From positions 12,710,001-12,774,000 of the forward strand of contig JBHGNT010000003.1 of NCBI GenBank assembly GCA_043228905.1: a DNA stretch of 64,000 bases. The letters are read 5' to 3'. The notes beneath the pieces are model-generated. The model was not told the DNA's origin. It worked only from the letters and a program-made list of their open reading frames with translations, and did no database searches. This DNA is from Azolla caroliniana (taxonomy: Eukaryota; Plantae; Polypodiophyta). Made by a program: the position numbers and the translations under genes. Positions 13,200-26,700 of this stretch are shown here, piece after piece; within the stretch, counting starts at the first letter, position 1; each line of letters starts with the position of its first letter.

Positions 13200-16100
13200 G
13201 TGTGTGTATGTTGTATATATGTGCATGTGTATATATGTATGTGTTGTGTGTATGTATGTAGGTACATATTGTATAATTTTATTGTATATACAATATTGTA
13301 TTGTATATATTGTATGTGAGTGTATTCCATATTATGTTGTATGTATTGTGTGTATGGCATGTGAGTATGAAGGGTATGTGTTATGTGCTTATAAGTATGT
13401 TCTATGTATGTGCATATGTATTGCATGCATATATTGTATGTTCTATGTATTGCATGTGTATTGTATGTTCTATGTATGTGCATTGTATTGCATTTGTGTA
13501 TGTATGTATATGTTTTATACTTGTGCTTAAGTATGTATTATATTGTTGGCATAAAAGGCCGACTCCTTCCACTTTGTATCCTAGTGTGAACTCTTACATA
13601 TAGTTAGGGCTTAATATATAAGCGATAACCAAATGTTGTAAAGTGAAAGTCGCTTGATCATCTTGTACATCGAGTCTCAGAGAGAGAGAGAGAGAGAAAC
13701 AGAAATAAAGAAAGCTTCCATTAAAGCTTCATCTGTGTGTATCTATTCTCTGTCTATATCTTCTTGCCTTCCCTCTGTGTTGTTTGTTGAGCATAACTGA
13801 CAGGTCCTCGCATACATATCCGCGCATATCTGTCCTTCAACTGGTATCAGAGCGATCCGCGGCTCGGCAGCAACAAACAGCAAAATAAAAAAGGGGGCTG
13901 AAAGGAAAAAGACCAAGTTAGCAAATCTCACTTTCAAAAGAATCATGGCATCAAAATCCGATACAGGAGTTGAGATCCGAAAATTCGACGGCAAAAACTT
14001 TGCCCTATGGAAGGAGATGATGCAAGATGTACTAATTATTTGAAGACAAGTCGAGGCCATTCGACACTCCGAAAAGCCTGCTTTAATGTCAGCCAATGAG
14101 TGGAGATCAACAGACGAAATCGCACGCTCCACCATTTGAATACCTAGCCAAAAATGTCTACTTTAGCATGGCAAAAGAAACGACAACATTTTCATTATGG
14201 GAGATGCTACAAGCTGTGTACGAGAAAAAGTCCTCATCTTCAAAATTGATCTTGATCAAACAACTGTTCAACATGAAGATGAGAGAGACCGATTCGGCTA
14301 CCTCTCACATAACACCTTCAGCCGGGTGTTGTCAGAACTCTCCTCACAATGGATCAACTTCGAAGAAGAAGTGAAAGCCCTACCCCTCCTATCAAGCTTG
14401 TCGGGGAGTTGGGAGGTATTCTGCACGACATGTACGCCAATAGCCGACCGATCCTAAATCTAGATGAGACAATCGGCCAAGTCCTCACCGAGGACATTCG
14501 GCGAAAATCGATGGGACTTACAATTGATGAATCGGCAGAAGCCTATCACTCGACCGAGTCGTTCGACTAAAACAGTCAAACAAGAGAACTAGTAGACAAA
14601 ACCAGTCGGAATACCAACCGATCGAAAATGAGGGGAGACCGAAAGCGATCGAAGTCGAGAAGGGACCAATCAAGCGAATTCTACACACACTACAGAAAAG
14701 TTGGCCACAATGTTTCCGTCTGCTAGTCGATCAAGAGAAAAGAGAGTGGTCGGCGATTCGAGCGAAATTGAAGACGACCCGACTCGGACCACTCTCGAGT
14801 CGGCAACGAAGTTAATGTTACCGACACCCGATCCTGAGAAATTCTCTCTTTAGAGGACACAATGATCGGAGAAGTCCTCTACAGTGCACAAGATGCACAC
14901 ACATGGTTACTGGATTCCGGTGCCACATTCCACGTGACCCCCAACATCGAATGGTTTTCGAACTATTCAGCCGATGCCAATGGCACAGTCCAACTAGGAA
15001 ACGGGTAGGACTGTAGAATAGCAGGGACTGGAGAAGCTCCCATCAGATTGCCAAACGGCAACACAATAACCTTGCATCGAGTTCAACACGTACCCGATCT
15101 GAAAAGGAGTCTGGTCTCCATTAGCATGCTAGCCGAAGATGGGTATCGAACGACTCTTAGTGAGTCAACATGGAGATAACCCCAAATACATGTACATGAA
15201 GAAAAGAGTAGTCCTTTTATGGGGGAGTTTGTTGGCATAAATAGCTGACTCCTTCCACTTTGTATCCTAGTGTGAACTTGTACATATAGTTAGGGCTTAG
15301 TATATAAGAGATAACCTAACGTTGTAAAGTGTGAGTCGCTTGATCATCCTGTACATCGAGTCTCTGAGAGAGAGAGAGAGAAAAGAAAAAACAGAAATAA
15401 AGAAAGCTTCCATTAAAGCTTCATCAATGTGTATCTATTATCTGTCTATATCTTCTTGTCTTCCCTATGTGTTGTTTGCTGAGCATAACCGACAGGTCCT
15501 CACATACGTATCCGCGCATATCTGTCCTTCATATATGAATAGCATGTACGTGTATGTTCTATATATGTGCATCTGTATTGTATTGCATGCATATATATGT
15601 ATGTGTTGTGTGTATGTATTGAATGCATATATGTATGTTTATGTATGTACATGTTGTGTGTATGTATTGATGCGTATATGTATGTATGTACATGTTCTAT
15701 TGTATTGTATTGTATTGTATCATTTGGTTTTAATTGCATTATATGTATGGCATGTGTGCATGTGTATGTATGACATACATATTGTATTGTGTTTCACGTG
15801 TTGTATGTATGGCATGTGACTATGTATATATATGTATGTGTTGTGTGTATATGCATATATGTACATGTTATATTGCATTTTATTGTATTGTATCATGTTG
15901 TATTAATTGCATTATTGTATATGTGCATTGTATGTATGACATGTGTGCATGTGTATGTACATACATATTGTATTGTGTTGCATGTGTTGTAAGTATGGCA
16001 TGTGACTATGTATAATGTATCTATGTGTTATGTGTGTGTATGTTCTATATAGGTGCATATGTATGTATTTTATGTATGGCATGTGTCCATGCACGTATGT

Positions 16101-16547
16101 GTTATATGTGTGTATGTGTGTATGTGTGTGTGTGTGTGTGTATGTTCTATATAGGTGCATATGTATGTATTTTATGTATGGCATGTGTCCATGCACGTAT
16201 GTGTTATATGTGTGTGTGTGTGTGTGTGTGCGTGTGTGTGCGCATCACATGTGTGTGCGTATGTATGTGCTATATGTGTGTATATTCTATATTTCTACGT
16301 ATGTATGTATGTATTATGTACATTGTATATATATCATGTGTCTATGCATGTGTGTGTTATGTGTATTTTCTATTGATGTACATATGTATGTATTGTATTG
16401 TATGTATTTTATGTATGGCATGTGTCCATGCACGTATGTGTTATATGTGTGTATGTGTGTATGTGTGTGTGTGTGTGTGTGTGTATGTTCTATATAGGTG
16501 CATATGTATGTATTTTATGTATGGCATGTGTCCATGCACGTATGTGT

Positions 16548-16600
<53 letters not shown>

Positions 16601-17365
16601 ATCACATGTGTGTGCGTATGTATGTGCTATATGTGTGTATATTCTATATTTCTACGTATGTATGTATGTATTATGTACATTGTATATATATCATGTGTCT
16701 ATGCATGTGTGTGTTATGTGTATTTTCTATTGATGTACATATGTATGTATTGTATTGCATGTGTATATATGTATGTGTGTGTATATACATATTGTATTGT
16801 ATTGCATGTGTTAAATGTATAGTGTGTATGGCATATGTGTGTATGTATGTACATATTGTATTGTATGTATACATGCATGTATGTATGTACATGTATGGAT
16901 GTAAGTTGGTAACATTTATACAAGTATCATTGTAGGCATGAGTACCTATATACGTGTAGCAATGTATGAATGAATATATGTATGTCCATGTATGAATGCA
17001 TATATGTGTATACATGTAATATGTAATGTATTTATGTATGTATATTTTTGGTGTATTGATCGTGTTTAGTATGTGTATGGCGCATATATGGATGTATGTT
17101 TGCAATATCACATAATATGCATGCATACATCCAATGTATGTGTAAGCATACATATATCTAATGTGTGTGTGTGTGTATGAAAGTATTGTACCTTGTATGA
17201 CCCTGTATGACCTATATATATAGTGATAAGTGGAATATGTATGTATGTACCTGTATGCATATATGTACTATTATAGTGTGTATGACCATGTGTGTGTCTA
17301 TGTTCATGTATGTGGTGATATGTATGTATGGATGTGTATGGATGTATGTTTGTAAAATTTGTATA
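13200..17365. repeat. Degenerate TG/TA (tgta/tatg) low-complexity satellite, split by the element at 13544-15531
   Basis: Alternating purine-pyrimidine sequence with internal duplications (block at ~16141-16400 repeated at ~16484-16755) and pure (TG)n tracts. Confidence 0.92.
13544..15531 (+). mobile_element. Small non-autonomous Copia-type LTR element (gag + protease only; TR-GAG-like)
   Basis: LTRs 13544-13839 and 15230-15531 (TG..CA); TSD tatat on both sides; tRNA-iMet PBS tggtatcagagc 13842-13853; gag from ATG 13945 (IRKFDGKNFALWK); protease WLLDSGATFHVT at 14904; PPT gggggag before the 3' LTR; no INT/RT/RH. Confidence 0.92.
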
Positions 17366-20300
17366 TGTAACACGTAAAAGTTAGCGTGCGGAAGTGTTAG
17401 ACAAACTGGCTCAGCTGGATAGCAACAGAAAATGAGAAAAGGTTTAGTGGAGAACTTAAGACAGAGATTACGCGTGGGGGAGAGAGAGAGGGAGGGAGAG
17501 AGCAGAACATAAACTCAATTCAAAATATCACTCTGAAATTCTGTACATACAACGTGCTAAACAACACTATTTATACAAGTCCTCAAAAGGACTGACAGAA
17601 GTACTATGTATGTCAATGCTCATACGAGCGAATGACATTAACTATGAGATAATGATTACCTAGTAGTCTAGGCTACTACTAGGCTTCCAGTTCATACTTG
17701 AATCCGGCTCTACGATCCGTCTCCCCGATCCGGCCGGTTCTTTCCGGATACCATCTAGATACCGATCCGACTCATCCTTCCGGATGCCGATCCGAATCCG
17801 GTTGAGCTTGCTTGCTCAACAGTCCCCCTCAAGCTTAACTTGAGGTTGGATTGTGGTGTTGGTGTCTGTGGCAGCTGGTCCTTCCACCCGGCTCCTTCTG
17901 ACGTCGTTCCTCCTTGCTTAGGCTCCTCGTCCGGTCCGGTTCGACTTCCCGCGACCCGTCAGGTACTGCGCATCTCGACCTCCTTGGTCGGCTTGTCTGC
18001 TCAATGGGCCCATTTTAGCTCCTTCGTTGTTATGACTTCCGTGCTTGTCGATCATCGGTTCCTCCGTCTCGGTGTACACTTCCGCTGCCTTCTTGTCCGG
18101 TTGGTCTTTAGTTGATCCAGCTTCTCCGAATCTTGACCCGAATCGGTTTCCTCCAATTCGTTCCAGCTCTTGTCTAAATCGGTCGCTCCCAATTCGTTCC
18201 GGTTCTTGTCCGAGTAGGTGTTCTCCAACTCATCTCCCGGTTTGAGGTCCTTCACCACATCAGACCATGTCCGAGACTTGGCCTTCTCCTTCTGGTCAAC
18301 TTTGTCCTTCTTGACTCTGCTGCCGCTGCCGCTCGTTTTGACTTGTTCGGATGTGCTCATGTTGTCACAGTGGATCGGAATTGCGGTCGGCACTTCGATT
18401 CGGAGGTCATGCAGTAGTCGCCGAAGCCAGATGTTCTCACAGGTGGCAATGGTAGCGTCCTGGTACTCAGCCTCAATGCTTGACAGAGCTATTGTTGGTT
18501 GCTTTTTGTTGCTCCATGCAACACCCGCACTACCAAGAGGAAACATGTAACCGGAGGTGGATCGGCGATCCGATGCATCACCAGCCCAGTCAGCATCGGT
18601 ATATCCGACTAGCATCCTAACTATACCATATCGGTATAATAGTCCTCGATCCTTGGTGCCGCTAGCATACCGGAATATCCGGTGTGCGCACTGAAGGTGC
18701 TTGACGATCGGCTTCAGCATGAACTGGTTGATCAGCCCGAACGGGTAACTGATGTTGGGTTGATTGATTGTCAGGTATATGAGGCTTCTGACAATTTGTC
18801 AGAACTGTTTCTCATCGTAGGCCGGTCTGGAGTCGGGACGTAGCTTCGGGTTCCGATCAAGGGGTGTAGAGATCGGTCGTCATTCCGTCATACCGAATTT
18901 GTACAACTATTCAACACATAATGGCATTGTGAGAGCAATATGCCATCTGGGGTTCGGATCACCTCGATCCCAAGAAAATAATGAAGGTCCCCTAGGTTCT
19001 TCATTTCAAATGTGTCCGACAGCTGAGACTTCACTCAGCCCATTTCAACGAGTCCGGGTTTGGTGATGACTAAATCATTGACATAAAGCAAAATGCAAAT
19101 CGGACCGTCCGGACCGTTCTGGATGAACAATGAAGAGTTAAACTTTGAGGTTGCAAACCCCATCTTACGCAACCCGTGCGTGATCTTCACATTCCAAGCT
19201 CCAGGGGCTTGCTTCAGACTATAAAGTGATTGCTTGAGTCGGCACACTGCCGACTTGTTCATCTCCGATTGGAAACCGGGGGTTTGATCATATAGACCTA
19301 TTCTTCAAGATCACCTTAAAGAAATGCATTCTTCACGTCCATTTGGTGAAGATGCCACCCCCTTACTGTAGCAACTGCCAGTACTACACGAACCGTTGTC
19401 ATCTTCGCTACCGAAGTGAAGGTCTCGTTGTAGTCGATTCCATGAGTCTGTGCATATCCCTTTGCCACTAACTGAACCTTGTACCGGTTAACTGAACCAT
19501 CAACATTGTACTTTACCTTTTACACCCACTTACATCCGATTGGTTTACATTGTCGGGGAGGGTCAACGAGGTCCCATGTATCGTTGGCATCGAGTGCCCG
19601 CATTTCTTTCTCCATAGCGGCACGCCAATTTGCGTCCTTTGCCGTTGATGCGTAGCTCTCCGACTCACGCACTTCCGCCACCTAGGTCATGTACGCATAG
19701 TGATGCGCCATGTACTCGTTGTACCCATACCTCATGAAGGTTTTCTTTTGACGGGTTGATTGGTGTAACTTTTCGTTATCCGGTTCGAGGCCCTTCTTGG
19801 CCAGTTCGGACTTCCTTTTGGAAGATCTGCCTTCTCCCTTTCCGGGGTCAGATTCGCTCCGATCCAACCCTTCACTCCCGGTGTCATATTCCGGCATCTT
19901 CTTCTTCCCCTTCTCTTTGCGTGTGAACCATCTCCTCGATTCCTTGAGTGGGGAGAGCACGGCAGCGTCTCCACTACTCGCCGGTTCTTCATCCGACTAG
20001 TCATCCCGACTCAGCCGCTCATTCGGTCCACTTAGCCAGAATGAGATTGGACTCTTTCCTAGAGTGTCGAGTTCTTCATCTTCTTCCTGGACCTCCTCGG
20101 TCTCACTAGCCTCATCTTCTGGAATCGGGTCTTCATTTGGAGTTGGAGTCGGTAGGTAGTACCATGCTGCCAACACATCAAACTTGACATCTCGACTTAC
20201 TCGAACCTGATTAGTCTGGGGGTTATAACACTTCTACCCCTTCTCTTCATGCGAGTAGCCGACGAGTATGCACTTCTCCGACTTCGGATCCAACTTCTTG

Positions 20301-20681
20301 CGCTTCTCATCCGGTACATGCACATATGCTATGCTACCGAATATCTGAAGGTGCCTCAAATTCGGCTTCTGCCCGAAATACATCTCATGTGTTGACATCT
20401 TGTCTCTGATATAGTTTTGGATGTAGATGTTCATTCGAATTGCCTTAGCCCAGTAGAATTGGGGCCACACCATATTGTTCCGGTGTGTATCGGCAGCTAA
20501 ATTCTCTCTGAATTCCGTTCTGTTGTAGATAATTGTTGAATTGGCCGGAAAAGTATTCTTTTCCGCGATTCGACCGCAAGCATTTGATCTTCCTCTCCAT
20601 TTCCCATTCTACTAAGCTTTGCAAGTTCCGGAAACATTCGAAGGCTTCGCTCTTCCATTCAATGAGGTAGATCCACATGTG
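17366..20681 (-). mobile_element. Ty1/Copia copy 1, 3' half (3' LTR 17366-17821, PPT, RH, RT, INT)
   Basis: LTR TGTAAC...CAACA; PPT ttgaggggga (minus) ~17823-17832; GYTDADWAG...RRSTSG; LKQSLYSLKQAP; KCLRSNRGKEY. Continues at 30567. Confidence 0.92.
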
Positions 20682-22239
20682 TGTTGTCCGCCAGACCTAA
20701 CGCTTAGACGAGTAGAATATATTATTAGAAGCGTTAAAGAAACGCATGTAATGGTTCACGCTAGGAGCATAACAGACTAAAAAACCTATGTATATAAAGG
20801 GCGGAAATACTTTGTAAAGAGCTAGCGTGTATTTGAGGGAGCTACCTTTTGTAATACAATACTATCTTCTCTGATTCCCGTGTCTTTGTAAGTCGTCTTC
20901 CGATTCGGTCTAATACTCTGTTGGTAACTATGGGCTAGTAAGCGTAGGTTAAGTGTGTATATAAGTTCATGCACTAGTGAGCTTCGGTTGTAGTTGTCTC
21001 CCTTCACGCTTTGCTTTGTAAGCTTGTTACGCTTCGTGCACCTACGGATCTATTTCTTGCACCACAATCACCTTGAAGTCTACCTCGAAGGACTGCAAGT
21101 AGAGAGTATTCCTAATTGGTAAAATTTTTGGCACGCTTGGTGGATTTGTGGTTCAATACAGACGAGCAACAAGATATGGATTACTAGCCGTAGATGGGCC
21201 AGAGAAACGACCCGACAAGATCGACCACTGATGAGGTTTATCACTTGCCAGATAGAAGAGCGCGCAAAGTAAAAACCTCCCCTCAGCGACCATGACTGCT
21301 CCTTTCAGGAGTACACGGTAGACCCACACTCAGAGAATAGCACGACGTCGACCACGAAGCCTTGTCACCACACGACCAAGGTACTGCGATTAAATGCCAC
21401 AATAGTCCACATCGCGAAAGCAAGAGTCTTCCCCTGCCGATTGTCACCACAACGTCCGGAATGGCTTTTTCATACCCTCGCTTCAACGGAGAAACAGACG
21501 CTACTAGCCAGACCCGGTTATTCCTCAATGTTTGGAATGCTAATGATCTGGCGCAACGGTTTCCAGACGTGGAAGCTCACACTTCGAAGATCGCCTAGTT
21601 CGGGTTAACTTTGGATGATCGGGCTGCGTGCTGGCATTCCCAGATGGATTTGGCCGCAATCACAGCCTTCGACGAGCTGCAATCGGCATTCTTGCATTTT
21701 TTTCATTCAAGCAACTTCATACAGAATCCGTAGCGAATTTCAGTATACGCTTCCAAAGTCTACGACGGAACCTTACACGGGCCCCGACAAACGAAGAGGC
21801 CAAGGAAACGTTATTGGCAGCTCTCAGATGGAGTCTTCGAACAACGCTGAACACGCACAGTGTGAAAGGGGAGACAACCAACATGGTCATTGAGCAAGCA
21901 TTACAACTCAAATTAGAGGAAGAAGATGAGGGATTGTCCATGGCATCTCTATGGAAAGCGTTGCCTCATGACGAGGAACATCGATTTCACCAGGCCATTC
22001 AGTGTACGGTTTGTTTAAAATCTAGACATTCCGCGGTTGAATGTAACATGCGACTACATTGCACAATTTGCCATTCACGGGCATACACGGTGAACCAATG
22101 CGAGTATAATATGCTCACCAGGCCCACACCTGTAGTACGGCATATGGAGCCACAACAACAATCTCGAAGGAATGATTCAGGACGGTAGAAGGAACGTCCC
22201 TGGTATATAGATCGGAATCAGCGAATGGAGTGCTAGTAT

Positions 22240-23756
22240 TGTAAAACCCGTAACACCGACCCGTTGTCATGTGAATCTTCTCACACTATGTAAAATAATA
22301 AATAATAAAATAAGTACTTTATATTAGCTTAATGGCATGTTATAGAAGATGGATGTTTGAGAAGATAGGGAAAATAGAACTATTATTTATCCCACATAGA
22401 TAGGAAACTTAAGGCCCTGGCTATAAGTACCTTGAGACCCTCATTTTCATTTGTGCTAAGAGCACTTTGGCCAGTTTGTCTTGATGGATAATGGTGGCCA
22501 AGTTCCCAAAAACCGGAAACCAGTCGGTAAGGCAAATTGGAACCGGCTGGTAAACAAAATTGGAACCCGGTCGGTAAGCAAAACCGAAACCGGAACCCGG
22601 TCAGTAAGCAAAACCAGAACCGGAAACCGGCCGGTAGGCAAAACCGGAAACCGGCTGGTAAGCAAAATCGAAACCGGAACCCGGCCAGTAAGCAAAACCG
22701 GAACCGGAACCCGGTCGGTAAGCAAAACCGAAACCGGAACCCGATCGGTAAGCAAAATCGGAACTGGAACCTGACCGGTAAGCAAAACCGGAACCGAAAA
22801 CCGGCCGATAAGCAAAACCGGAACCGGAAATCGGCTGGTAAGCCAAACCGGAAACCAGCCGGTAAGCAAAACCGGAACCGGAACCCGGTCGGTAAGCAAA
22901 ACCAGAACCGGAACCCGGCCGGTAAGCAAAATCGAACCGACGGCGGCAATCGGCAGTCGGACGGAACCGGCGACCGAACGAGGCTGGACGCAAACTGAAT
23001 GGATGATAGGATCATGTGGCTAATTAAAGTGAAGTGAATAAAACTAAAGTAAAAGGTCATGTGAACGGTCGCATGCAACTAAACGAAAAAGGCATGCAAC
23101 TAAAAATAGATGCAACTAAAAGTAGAGGCCATGCAACAAAAAGTGGACATGCATATGATAAACGGGGAACTCCATATATATTCCATTTTTTATTTTCTTC
23201 TCCTTCTTAGCTCCCTTATCTTATGGAAGCCATAACTCTCAAAAACCCTAAATTCCCTACGGAAGCCATAACACTCATAAACCATAATTTTCCATACGGA
23301 AGATATATATCTCATAAACCCTAAATTTCCTTATGGAAGCCAAAAACCCTAATTTTCCCTACGGAAACCATATCTCTCAAAATCTAAAATCTCTTATCAA
23401 AGCCAAAAACCCTAAATTTCTATTGAATCCATATTTAGTTTCTTCTTATCTATTACTCTAGTAATCTCCATTAACTAAACTTTTTGTAATCTCAATCTTG
23501 AGATTGATTGTAATCTTTCTTTCCCTTTATTAATGAAATTTGTGAATCTTTCTCATTTTGTATTAATTGTTTAATAAAATCATACGAATCCCAATCTTGG
23601 GACATATTGTAATTTATTTTCCTTTGTTAATGAAAATTATGAAATTTCTTATTTCCGTTAATTGTTAAAAATTAAAAGCACGAATCTGATATCCTCTGGT
23701 CAGAGGCCCCGGGGTCCTGCCTCAAGTTCATGTATCCTCGTCATATTTTCGCGACA
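22240..23756 (+). mobile_element. Solo LTR, family C (1517 bp), carrying an ACCGG-rich minisatellite and telo-box repeats
   Basis: TGTAAAACCC...CGCGACA; flanks tagtat/cagtac; interrupts gag; reverse-complement homolog at 31285-~32500. Confidence 0.8.
22510..22935. repeat. Minisatellite, about 15 units of 30/24 bp (ggtaagcaaaaccggaaccggaacccggcc)
   Basis: Direct read; 10-aa and 8-aa periodicity in the overlapping ORFs. Confidence 0.93.
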
Positions 23757-26700
23757 CAGTACTCTGATGAAGAAGATCAGGAAGAGGAAGAATACCGGAG
23801 TACCAACCGTTACAATCGGGAGGGGGGGTGGCATCGTTACGACAATCGACGACCTACAAAAAATCGCCGAGGATTCAACGGGGGCCATCCAAATTGACAC
23901 AATCGACAACATAAGGACCAACACCGTTTTGACGAAACTTCAAAGGATGACCGTCGTCAAGAGCCATCACAAGAATACTGTCAACAACCCCGGAATAATA
24001 GGCTACTCCAGCATAACCAGGACGAACAAGCAGTACCGGTGGAAACTAATACATACCTCCGGAAGTGGAAAGAGGTGAGTCCAGCGTACTCTGTTTCATG
24101 TGTCAACAACCCGGTCATTACACGACACAGTGCCCGCGTCGAAAAGGAAAGGAGACAGTCGTGAATACCATCACGTCAGAAGTCCAACAAGTCACACAAC
24201 ACGGCAATAGGCAAAGAATGCAGACTGGGTAGAACAAGATGAGATACGCAAGGCAGCCCAAGCTTGGGTAGGAAAAGCAAATGCGGCAAACACGGAGCGT
24301 ATAAAGCACGAGTCCGCAAACGACAGTTTGCTAATGAAAGAAAATACATCCTCACCGGATCCCATATGGCAAGCATTGGCAGACTGTGAGATAACATTGA
24401 CCATGGAAAAGCTTCTCCGACTAGTGCCACGATTCTGGTAGGTTGTGGAAAATCACATAAGGGGCACTACCGGAGTAAATGTCTCAACAAATTTTGAGGA
24501 GTCTAGTACGGGCCCAACAGTCATAGATCATCACAATCCAGCCATTAAATTGGTACTACAAGGACAAGAAATTTCGGGATCTATCATTGATGGGGGATCC
24601 GGTGTTAATGTCATTAGTACAAATACATGCGCATGAGTAGGAATTACAGGTTGGGAAATGTGCCCTTTCTAGCTTCGCATGGCGGACACCCGCTTTGTCA
24701 GAACCCTAGGGTTAATTTGGAAACTAGGCATTATCGTTGGCGGCCATCACTTCGACATCTCTGCGGTAGTGCTTGCCCTAGATGCTCCGGGAGCATACCC
24801 AATATTGCTCGGGAAACCTTGGCTATGCTCAGCCAACATCAAACAAAATTGGCAACATAATTCTATCAGCTTCCGGCAAGACCGAAGCAAAGTTCGCGTA
24901 CCCACTCGGCAAACGCCAGCGCCAACCAACGCCATAACGCCATTATACGCGGAAGATATAAATATGTTGGAAGGAGTAGATGATATAGAGCTTGAGGCAT
25001 ACCTAGAGGACCACCCGCGGATTGTTCCATTATTCGAAATTGACGTAATAGAAATTGTTGCGGAATACGCCCCAACTAATACGCTTCAGGAAGTTGAATA
25101 CGAACTGAACCCAGAATTGCTAATGGAGTTAAGTAGAGCACGCGCAACATTCGAGAGAGAGATGGAAATCTCGCGGAGAGTCACTACTTCGGCATTAGAA
25201 GAAGTCAATATTGGAACCACGGTGAAACCTTGACTACTCTCAATTGCGAAGGACTTGATCCCAAGTGAGAAGATGACAATGGTCGAGTTGCTCAAGGAAT
25301 ATAAGGATGTTTTCGCATGGTCACATGAGGACATGCAAGGGTTGAATCCAAAATTCTATCAACACAAGATCAACTTGTCCACCAACGCAAAACCGGTGCA
25401 GTAGCGCCGCTATCGGATGAACCCATTACACGCCGCCGTACATCAAACACCCGTCAAGTGGACGACAATAGAAGAGAAAGCATACAACGCACTCAAGATA
25501 ATGTTAACCCAAGCACCGGTTGTAAAACCACCAGATTGGACTAAACCTTTTCATGCCTTTGTGGACGCCTTAGATATAGCAATAGGTAGCGCATTAATGC
25601 AACTCACAAAGCAAAGTTGGTACAAACCGGTCTATTATGCCAGTCGTAAACTATCAATTGCCGAGAGGAACTACTCCACAACCGAGCGTGAAGCCTTGGG
25701 GATGATATATAGCATCAATAAATTTTGGCATTATCTGCTAGGGCATAGATTTACGTTTCACGTAGATCACGAGGCGTTACTGTATCTAGTGGAGAAACGG
25801 GCACTAACAAGGAAGTTGGCCAGATGGATGCTGCTGCTCCAGGAGTTCGATTTCGCAATTTAGCATCAGCCGAGCACGAAGCATGCTGTAGCTGATTTCT
25901 TAAGCAAAGTGGATAATGGTGATAATGCGATGAGGGATGATGACGACTTTCATGACGCTGACATTTTGAGGATCACGACTATGGCATCACAAGCAGAAAT
26001 GAATTATCCGGATCGTTGGATGGTCGAAACAACATACTTTCTGACCCTGGGACTACCACCACCGTAGCTAAGGACGGATGAAAAGAAACGCCTGGCTGTC
26101 CACAGTCGTAACGTTTGCATGGTCGAAGGATTACTTTACCACAAGGCCGACGATGGAATATGGCGACGCAGGATACGCCAGGATGAAAAGGAAGTCATTC
26201 TGCGCGAAGCTCATTGCGGTACGGTCGAGGGCCATTACGTGGGCGATGTTACGGCCCAAAAAATATGGCAAAGAGGTCTATGGTGGCCAACTACGCAGGA
26301 AGACGTGTATCAATACTATAGGTAGTGTGATCTATGTCAACGGTTGGGTCAACCTACGGAGCTCGCATGGATGCCGCACCAACCGGTTCTTCCGCTAGAT
26401 CCATTCCAGAAATGGGGTCTAGATTTTGTCGGTCCCTTCATGCCGGTAGCGGCACGAACCGGCAATAAGTACATTCTCATAGCCACGGATTACTGCACTA
26501 AGTGGGTACAAGCAAAAGCATTATGGATAATACGACAACATCCACGGCAAAATTTCTTTACAAATACATTTGGTGTCGTTTCGGTTGCCCAATCGAGCTC
26601 ATTAGTGATCAAGGGAGCCACTTTCTGAATTTGGTCATCTACGAGCTAACACACCATTACGTCGTAGTGCATAAGAAGAGCACGCCATATTACCCGTAGG

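Noticed and set aside
11520-13200. Possible host gene 5' region with short ORFs and GA tracts
   Set aside because: No recognisable protein motif or supported exon structure.
13175-17153. Many Cys/Val/Tyr/Met- or His/Thr-rich ORFs
   Set aside because: Translations of TG/TA low-complexity repeat that lacks stop codons.
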